NCBI GenBank assembly: GCA_964016885.1 | Contig: OZ024742.1 | Coordinates: 308,326,001-308,390,000, forward strand | Direction of reading: 5' to 3' | DNA: 64,000 nt | Source: Eledone cirrhosa | Taxonomy: Eukaryota | Shown: positions 54,970 through 64,000 of the stretch, in pieces | Layout of the letters: each line of letters begins with the position of its first letter | Numbering within the stretch: the first letter of the stretch is position 1 | Made by a program: the position numbers and the translations under genes | Notes under the pieces: model-generated | What the model was told of the DNA's origin: nothing | Seen by the model: the letters and a program-made list of their open reading frames with translations, nothing else | Database searches by the model: none

Positions 54970-57087
54970 TTGCATTAGTATGGTATAGACAAGTACATAT
55001 GTTGTTTAGGTGTATGATATTGTCAATACTCTGATATGCCCAGTTCCTTGTTGGGTTGTTAATTCACAGGGGAACTGGAGTCATATGAATTCAAACAAAC
55101 GAATTTCAGTGTCACAGGTCCCCTTCTCCTCTCATTGGTCAGTTATTAGAACATTCCTCATTCTAAGTGTTGTTATTGTTGGAGTTAGCTTAAAAATTGA
55201 TAACATGGTAGAAGGGACAAGGTGTTAAAGGAACAAAATAACAAAATAACAAAAAAAGTGTCAAACTTCCCATTGTTCAGTTCTGAGAGCATTCCTCAGT
55301 CAGAAGTCTATAGAATTCTTTCTGGGGTGAGGCTCCCTGTCGTGTTTTTGCCTGCTATTGTTCCGTACATTTGACCTCCACCATTATTTTGGTACTGTTG
55401 TTGTTGTAGTGGTCAGCTTATATCTTGCTGCTGCTAACAGTTTAGAAGTATCCAGTTTGTGTTTTTTCTTCATCCCTCCCGCCACCATCGTAGTGGTGGT
55501 GGTGGTGGGGGGGGGGGGTTATTTCATGTATATGAAGAAATATATGGCAATAAATGAAGAAAACAGAAAATAAATAAATAATATAATAAAGTAATTAATA
55601 TAATTTGTGTAATTTGAAAATAAATAAATAAATAGAAAATAAAGAATAAAGAGTAAATGAGAGATTGGTGAAAAAGTAATGATAATGTATATGGAGAGGT
55701 GAGAAATAATGTAGGATAAAGTGTGTGTGTGTGTGTGCTATAACCAATCTCAAGGTCAGAATATGTTGGATAGATTGGTATGAGACAAGATGTTAAGATG
55801 AGATATTCAATGTGTTTGTGTTATAGTCTATCTCAACTTAAAATAAATATAAGGTGATACAGTAAAGAGGGCAGAAAACAAAAAACAAATTAATAAAGAG
55901 AAATCAAGATTTAAGATTGGAACTTGAAAGTCAGAAATCTGGTAAATTAAAAGTGTTTGTGTTATAGATGTTGGCCAAATTATTATGGCTGTGTCCGATT
56001 CTATCTCTAGGATATCATGGTGTCTGCTCTGCCTGGGTTGTTCCCTGTGGCTTGAGGGGAGTTCACAACCTAGGGTGTTGTTATTGCCCATATAGCTTGA
56101 GGGAGGTCTGGCCGAGAGGTGTTTTCATGTTCTGTAGAAGTCCCTATAGCTTGAGGGGAGTTCACATCTTCTTGTGTTGCTACTGTCCATATATCTTGAG
56201 AAAGGTCCCGGCTCTAAGGTGTCTGCATGTCCCGAAGAAGTCGGTTCTGAGGTTTATCAGGCCGCTTTCACCTCTTAGTATCTCGAGGGTCTCGTTCAGT
56301 CATATTTTGCATATGCAAGATCCCCCTTTATCGGGTGGTACTTTCCTGATTATGTACCAGGCCAGAGAGTATGGGGTCCTGTCCAGCTTAAGCTTCCAGA
56401 TCAGGTCGGAGAGAGCTGTGCTTTTCCTTTTGGCCTCCTTCTTGAATTAATGGTGATGGCTGTACCAGCGGTCCTTAAAGCTCGTTGATGTGGCTCCTAT
56501 GTAGAGGTTAAAACCCCCAACTCCGAACACCTCTACATAGGAGCCACATCAACGAGCTTTAAGGACCGATGGTGGCGGGAGGGATGAAGAAAAAACACAA
56601 ACTGGATACTTCTAAACTGTTAGCAACAGCAAGATATAAGCTGACCACTACAACAACAACAGTACCAAAATAATGGTGGAGGTCAAATGTACGGAACAAT
56701 AGCAGGCAAAAACACTACAGGGAGCCTCACCCCAGAAAGAATTCTATAGACTTCTGACTGAGGAATGCTCTCAGAACTGAACAATGGGAAGTTTGACACT
56801 TTTTTTGTTATTTTGTTATTTTGTTCCTTTAACACCTTGTCCCTTCTACCATTTTATCAATTTTTAAGCTAACTCCAACAATAACAACACTTAGAATGAG
56901 GAATGTTCTAATAACTGACCAATAAGAGGAGAAGGGGACCTGTGACACTGAAATTCATTTGTTTGAATTCATATGACTCCAGTTCCCCAGTGAATTAACA
57001 ACCCAACAAGGAACTGGGCATATCAGAGTATTGACAATATCATACACCTAAACGACATATGTACTTGTCTATACCATACTAATGCAA

Positions 57088-57142
57088 ACTGCCTGAAGAG
57101 GTCACAGCCAAAGATGGCTGTCACTGAAATATATATAGCAGT
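57088..57142 (+). ncRNA. Type-I hammerhead motif
   Basis: Inverted copy of 54915-54969. Confidence 0.85.
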
Positions 57143-57331
57143 AATAAACGAAGCTAAATTTTAATCATTTGACTTTTATTTAACTTTATTTTACACTACT
57201 CCGGAGTAACCAAACCAACCTGAGCACTTCGTCGAGTGCTCCAGCCTGCATACTGAGGTGTTGGTATACAACCAACATAAACTCAAAATCTATATATATA
57301 TATATATATACATACATATATATATACATAT

Positions 57332-57375
<44 letters not shown>

Positions 57376-58007
57376 TCATAAAAATAACAACTGAAGAGCG
57401 GATTGGAAAATTTAAAGATATATTTATAAGTGTATGTGTGTGTGTGTGTGTGCGTGTATATCAGTGTGTGTGTGTGTGTGTGTCAGTATGTGTATATTAT
57501 ACGTGTGTGTGTGTGTATCTGCGTGTTTGTGTGAGTGTGAGTAAATGAGTGCGTGTATGTATGTGTAATTGTATGAGTTGGTTTTAGGGAGCTGCAGCAA
57601 TCCAAATGAAGCTATACATATCGATGTAACAATGCCAGGTACGGATAAGTAAACAAAGAACAGTGAAAAAATAACAAACATTTCATAGTTCCTTATATTT
57701 TGTCTCAGATATCCACTGAGGAAATGAAATGTGAAAGAAATGTTGGAAAGTTACTTTTACGTCCATTGCATCAGATTTTTATTTATTTATTTTTGCCAAT
57801 ACGAAAATCAACTGCAATGGAAGCTTAAGTCACATTCTGACATTTCTATAACATTTTCTTTCGTCATTCCATATCTTAATTGTGCACTAAGAAACCGAAG
57901 TATGCAATAACTGTAGATACATACACACATACAAACATATATATATATATGCATACACACATATATATGCATACACACACACGCACACACACACATATAT
58001 ATATATA

Positions 58008-61000
58008 TGATGGCTGCCCCCTCGTTATCGAGTATGGCCATTGCACGAGGAGAAAAGAAAATATAAAAAAATTAATAAATAAATAAAAAAAAAAAATAAA
58101 AAAAAAAATAAAGAAAATATATATATATATATATACACACATACATATACATATATACACACATATATATATATACAAACACATATACATTAATAACAAT
58201 AATAATAATAATAATAATAACAATAATAATAACGACAACAACAATAATAATATACATATACATATATATATACACATACACGCACACACATAGACATATC
58301 TATACACACACACACACACGATAGCAACTAACAGTGCTGCGATCGAATGTGGCTTTTTAGCCCAGCCAATGATCTAAAATGTCTTGCACAGAGTCGGCAA
58401 CCAAAACATTCACTGGGAATAGTCGGTTGTGGTTGGAGTTCATGTACTTTTGCATGTCGCTTGAGCCCTCCTGCTGATTTACATTCTCTACCACATGTTT
58501 GGCAAGCATGATGAGTAGCATCTCCAACAGCAGCCTGGTAGTCAACCACTAGTCTTACTTTATGACTGCGAAGATGACTTTCGAGTCCAGCTTTGCTTAG
58601 GCAGAGTCTCGCACAGACGCTGCATGACAGCACCATAGGAGGACCCTCGCCGTCTGGAAGTGCAACAGCAATGCCCTTTCTCACATCCCGCTTTACTTTC
58701 TCGTATGCGATTCGAGATGCCTCAAAGGCAACTTTTCCTTCATATACAGTCTTTCTCCATTTATTACGATCAGCAGCAATATATTTTCCCATGTATCAGC
58801 AGAGATGTTAGCGTCTTTCAAAGAGGCTTTCAAGGAATCCTTATACCTCTTTTTTGGTTTATGTGGCGGTCGTTTTCCTTTAACCAATTCTCCATAAAAG
58901 AGTTGTTTTGGTATTCTAGAATCCTTCATCCTGGCAAGGTGACCACTCCAACGGAGTCGTTGCTTAAGCACAAGAGCTTCTATACTGTCACACATAGAGC
59001 TTTCCAAAATCTCGACATCACTGATGTGATCCCTCTAGTGAACGCCATGGATCCGTCTGAGACACATCTGATGGAAACGCTCCAATTGCTTAAGATGGTG
59101 TCGATATGTGACCCAGGTCTCGCAGGCATAAAGAAGACAAGAGAGCACACATGCCCTGTACACCTTTACCTTTGTCCTCCTGCATATGTCTCGCCGACCC
59201 CAGAGTCGCCTTTCTAGCTTTCCGAAAGCATCCCTTGCTTTCCTAATCCTAAGTGAGATTTCACTGTCAAGGTTGCTGTATCGATTGGCAGTGCTTCCCA
59301 GGTAGACAAGCTGATCAACCTCTCCAAGTCGTCTACCATACACATAGATATTTGGTTAAGTGTACTGCTTACCAGGGGCAGGTTGGTACATGACGAAGGT
59401 TTTCTTGAGACTGACAGTCAGACCTAAGGCAGTGCAAGCGTCAGAAAATGCATTCAAAATGTGCTGCATATCACTCTCTGTGTGCGCTACGAGATCGCAA
59501 TCATCTGCATACAAGAGGTCTCTTATGATTGATGTAAATACTTTTGTCTTTGCAGCAAAGCGCCTGATGTTAAATATGCTGCCTGAGGTTCGATATCAGA
59601 TGTAAACACCATGCTCGCAATTCCTGAATGCAATACAGAAAACCATTGCAAAGTATATTGCAAACAGGGTCGGTGCTGGAATATCCCCCTGTTTCACTCC
59701 ATTTTTTATTGAGATAGGCTTCGACATGTTACCTCCGACATTAACCCAAGCCTTCATGTCGTCATGGAAAGACCTAACTAAAGCAAGGTACTTATCAGGG
59801 CAACCAAATTTCTGGAGAACCTTCCATAATGCATCCCTGTTAACAGTATCGAAAGCTTTTATCAGATCGACAAAAACCTGATACAGATTCAAGCCTTGTT
59901 CCATGCACTTCTCCTAGAGCTGTCTAGCTGAGAAGATCATATCAGTAGTGCCGCGTCCAGCACGAAAACCAGATTGACATTCAGGAAGAACACATCTGCA
60001 ATGTGTGTCAGCAGACGGTCCAGAAGCACCCCACATAAAACTTTCCCTACGACAGAAAGCAATGATATACCTCTGTAGTTCCCACAATCAATCCTGTTAC
60101 CCTTTCCCTTGTACAAGACCACCATTACTGCATCTCTCCAGTCCTCAGGTATGGATTCATTAGCCCATATCCTGCCAAACAAAGAGTGAAGATGTTACAG
60201 GAGTCCCTCACCACCATATTGTAGGAGCTCAGCATGTATGCCATCCATACCTGGAGATCTTCCACTGTTCAGCTTCGAAATAGCCACTGCAACCTCCACA
60301 CGCGTCGGAGGTTCTGCGAGAGCTACTTTCACAGGACTTTCTGGAATGAGATTGAGGAAATCTTCACTGACGACAGACGGCTGATTCAAAAGATCATCAA
60401 AGTGCTCTCGCCACCTTCGTAGAATTCCTTGTGAGTCACGAAGAACTTCTTTGCCATCTTTGCTGCGAAGCGGTGTCACCAGAGAAGAAGACAGTCCATA
60501 AACCTCACGCAAGAGACTGTACAACAGCTTTGTGTTATTGGAATTTGACGCAGTTTGTATCTCATCAGCCTTCTCACTCCACCACTGATCCTTCATCTGA
60601 GAAAGACTCCGCCTAACATGTGATTTTACATCCTTGAGTTCCTCATGCACGTATTCCTCTCCTGTGGTTTTGCCGTCAAGTAGCGTGACAGAACATGCCT
60701 CTTATCAGCCAACAAGTCTTCTATATGTAGATCATTCTCATTAAGCCAGTCCTGATGTTTTCTCTGCACCAATCCCAGAACACGCCTGCCTACATCATAA
60801 ACCGACTTTTTAAGGGTCGGCCAATCCTCACCAAGATCTGCAGTCTGCATCTCTTCTTCCAATGTCCTCTTCACGTTTTTATCCTTAAGACGAGCAGCAT
60901 TCAATCTTTTGGGCAGGGCAACACCAGGAGCCCTGATTTTACGTTTAGTGATTAGTTTCACTTTTGCGCGTACCAGGCGGTGGTCCGTCCAGCACTCAGC

Positions 61001-61513
61001 TCCACGAAGAGCACGAACACACTGCACATCCTGTCTGTCACGCATCCCGACTAGGACGTAGTCCAAAAGATGACAATCCTTAGATGCAGGATGCATCCAT
61101 GTGGTCTTGAATTTGTTCTTGTTGGAACATGGTGTTGGTAACACACAGATCCAGCTCCTCACACATCTGCAGCAGGAGCACACCATTGTTGTTACACTTT
61201 CCCACCCATGCCTTCCGATTACATTCCATGTGTTAAAATCCCTACCCACTCTAGCATTAAAGTCATCAAGCAGGATGACTTTGTCTGCCTGAGGGATATT
61301 TCTTAAAACACCTTTCAAGGCATGGTAAAAGGACACTTTTTCTTCATCGACAGAATTCATAGTTGGAGCATACACACTCACCAGGGTCGCATATCTTCCT
61401 TTGTCCAGCGGAATTCTCATGGACATAAGACGCTCACTAATCCCTACTGGGAAATCTTCTAATTTATTCACAAGTACAGTCTTAACAGCAAATCCTACCC
61501 CAGCCTCTCTTCT
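58008..61513 (-). mobile_element. RTE-BovB-like LINE (partial APE endonuclease, RT, three C2H2 fingers), disrupted by frameshifts and stops
   Basis: GVGFAV, SVYAPT, DFNARVG, LDY, TDH; NYRGISLLS; VDLIKAFDTVNR; GVKQG; LYADD at about 59500; LRWSGHLARM; fingers in ORF 58328..58792. Confidence 0.96.
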
Positions 61514-61518
61514 GATAT

Positions 61519-61551
<33 letters not shown>

Positions 61552-61593
61552 TATATACATACATATACATACATACATACATACATACATACA

Positions 61594-61701
<108 letters not shown>

Positions 61702-61713
61702 CATATATATCTA

Positions 61714-61783
<70 letters not shown>

Positions 61784-61813
61784 TATAGATAGATAGATAG
61801 ATAGATAGATATG

Positions 61814-64000
61814 TTTCTTTATTAGCCACAGGGGCACAACAGAAGGGGGCAAATACAAAGGGGGGAGTTTACATACAATAAAAACGTGTAAAATGTCATC
61901 ACAAATGTAATTTAAAAAGTTAGTCGATTTACCCCAATAGAGGAAGACAGTTTATATGGGTAACACATACCCCCGAAAAAATGTGCAACCCTCATCCCCA
62001 GCAGTACGAAGAGTTTGTACTCCTTTCCTCTCCTCCTCCTTTTCCTCAACCTACAGGCTGATATAGAGAGAAGGCCCATTCACTCGGGCCATTCTCGCCA
62101 CTTTCACCCACCTTTCATAAAACTTGCTGGGGTACAGCACCTCTCTCTCCATCCTGATTCTTCTTCCAAAGTGGTATTTGAAAAAAAGAATCAGTTGTTG
62201 GCCGGAGAGAAAGGTGTCTGACCTCAGCCCTTTCAACCTTGTCCACCATACAACCTCTTTCGCCATAGCTATCACACAAAGGAAAACGGCCTCTCCTTCG
62301 TTTTTGAAGGAGGGTGGCGGTTTGATCATGACAATGGACTCGGTGGTCAACTGGATTGGTCCCACCCGCGACAATAGTCGTTCTAAATAGCCCTACAGGT
62401 CAGTGACGCCCGGGCAGTGTATGAATGCGTGCGCGACGGTTTCTTCGTCTCGCACGCACCTCGGACAGATCTTTTTTGCAGGGTCCCTGCCCGGGCGCCC
62501 ATGTCTGTAGAGCTTGTCTCGAACTGGTAGAGTTCCTCGGTAGCACTGCCAGGCCAGGGACTTTTGGAAGTTGTCCATCGGTCCCGGGCGGAAGGTCCTA
62601 CCGAACAGACTGGCCAGTTCATCTTCCTCCACGCCTAGAGTTTCACCGAGCGCGTCGTCGCACTTGCTGCGGACCAACCCTCTATAGAATGACGAAGTGG
62701 AGTCTCCACTGATCGCCGGGTCCGCCTGCCAGAGGGCTGTGAGCGCCTGAGCACATTCGATGTGCCAGTCGCCCATTTTCCTCGGTCTCTGCTTGACCCA
62801 GGACTGCAGCTCGGTCAGCGAGACGAGTCGTGGGAAGGCTCGCCTCACGAACGGGGCCCACACCGGTTGTCCGGTGAGGAATACGTAGAGATGCCGCAGC
62901 CTGAGCGCGTGTTTGCGCATCGTCAACCACGGCATCCCCAGCCCTCCGTTAGAAGGGTGTTGGCAGCAGATGGATCTTCTTACCAAAGGAGCCCGCCTCT
63001 TCCAAAGAAATCGGAAGAGGGCGCGCTCCATTTTGGCGAGCGTTTTGGCTGGACAAGGCACGACGGTCAAGCGGTAGTAGATGGCGGACGCTATAAAAGT
63101 GTTCGCCACCTCCGCTCGACCTTTCAAGGATAGTTTGCACTCGGCCCACTTCTGGGTGAGTGCAAACACCTTGGCCGTCACTTCGTTCCAGTTCTTCTCC
63201 ACCTGGAGGTCCGGACCAAACCAGACCCCGAGCAGCTTTACCGGTCCTTCCGTCCAGCGTCCGACGACGCTATCGGAAGGCATCGGTCTGCCTCTCCACG
63301 ATCCGAGTTGCAAACCGATGGACTTGTCCCGGTTCAGCTTCGCTCCTGTGAGACGTTCGTATTCCTTTAGTAAGGTGCCGACTTCCTCGATTTGCGAGGC
63401 GCTCGACACCATTACTGTCACGTCGTCGGCGTAGGCCGACGCCGCTTTCCGCAGTCCCGGTTCCAGAGGGATGCCCTGCAATAGCTCCAGCTTCCGCAGT
63501 AGTGGCTCGAGAGTCAGTACGTACAGAAGGGAGGAGAGAGGGCATCACTGTCGAATGGATCGCGTAATATGGAACGGCTCCGAGAGGTAACCGTTCACCT
63601 TGACCCTTGAGCAGATGTTGCTGTTGTGCATTGCAGCAATCCAGCCCCTGAACATGGGTCCGAAGCCTGCCGCCTCGAGCACCGCATCCAGGTAACGATG
63701 GTCAACCCTATCGAAAGCCTTAGACTGATCCAAGTTGATCAGGGCCCCACCGAAGCCGGGTTTACACCCTACCCTCTCTATGATGTATCGCATGAGGTGG
63801 AGGTTGTCGTGTATGGACCTGGTCGGGATCGCGCATGTCTGCGCTTCTCCCACCAGGTTCTCGACGACAAGCGCCAGCCTCTTTGCCAACACCTTGGCCA
63901 AAATCTGTAACTCTGTGTTTAGCAGAGTTATGGGCCGGAAGTTGCCTATGTCATCCCCCTTATTCTCGTCCTTCCTGATTAGTGTGACCACGCCCCCGGT
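61814..64000 (-). mobile_element. L1/Tx1-clade LINE ORF2 (RT plus zf-RVT), young, continuing past the window end
   Basis: NFRPITLLN, LDQSKAFDRVDH, AYADD, SLKGR, GGLG, CPRC..ETVAHAFIHC; AATAAA near the 3' end followed by (ATCT)n. Confidence 0.95.

Larger units (their letters stand above)
54872..57292. mobile_element. PLE inverted insertion: minus arm 56520-54872 with GIY-YIG end, UTR and HHR; plus arm 56528-57292 internally deleted, with HHR and tail hairpin
   Basis: Minus frame LYIGATSTSFKDRWYSH..STALSDLIWKLK..CKI*LNE..GTCRH; about 615-bp inverted repeat 54872-55489 versus 56567-57185. Confidence 0.92.

Overview
Very AT-rich, microsatellite-saturated animal DNA. The SINE/RTE/Penelope repertoire and the (TA)n density suggest a coleoid cephalopod such as Octopus; that assignment is inference. 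I found no credible host exon, and almost all ORFs in the track are microsatellite artefacts. The recognisable coding remnants all come from retroelements: five Penelope-like (PLE) GIY-YIG fragments, several RTE LINE pieces including a 3.5-kb RTE-BovB-like copy with three C-terminal C2H2 fingers, and a young L1/Tx1 3' end. About 15 tRNA-derived SINE copies are also present. The main signal is a set of about 15 short, mostly non-coding elements, unrelated in primary sequence, inserted in (TA)n. Most share three traits. (i) They carry a minimal type-I hammerhead ribozyme (HHR) motif. (ii) They are asymmetric head-to-head inverted repeats with one short and one long arm. (iii) The long arm alone carries a covarying bulged hairpin, RYTC-[upper stem-loop]-TN-GARY, and the short arm stops about 5-13 nt before it. 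One element's 5' end lies exactly at its predicted HHR cleavage site. Together this looks like a PLE-driven, (TA)n-targeted mini-element/retrozyme system with a shared RT-positioning RNA signal. All RNA structures were paired by eye, not computed.
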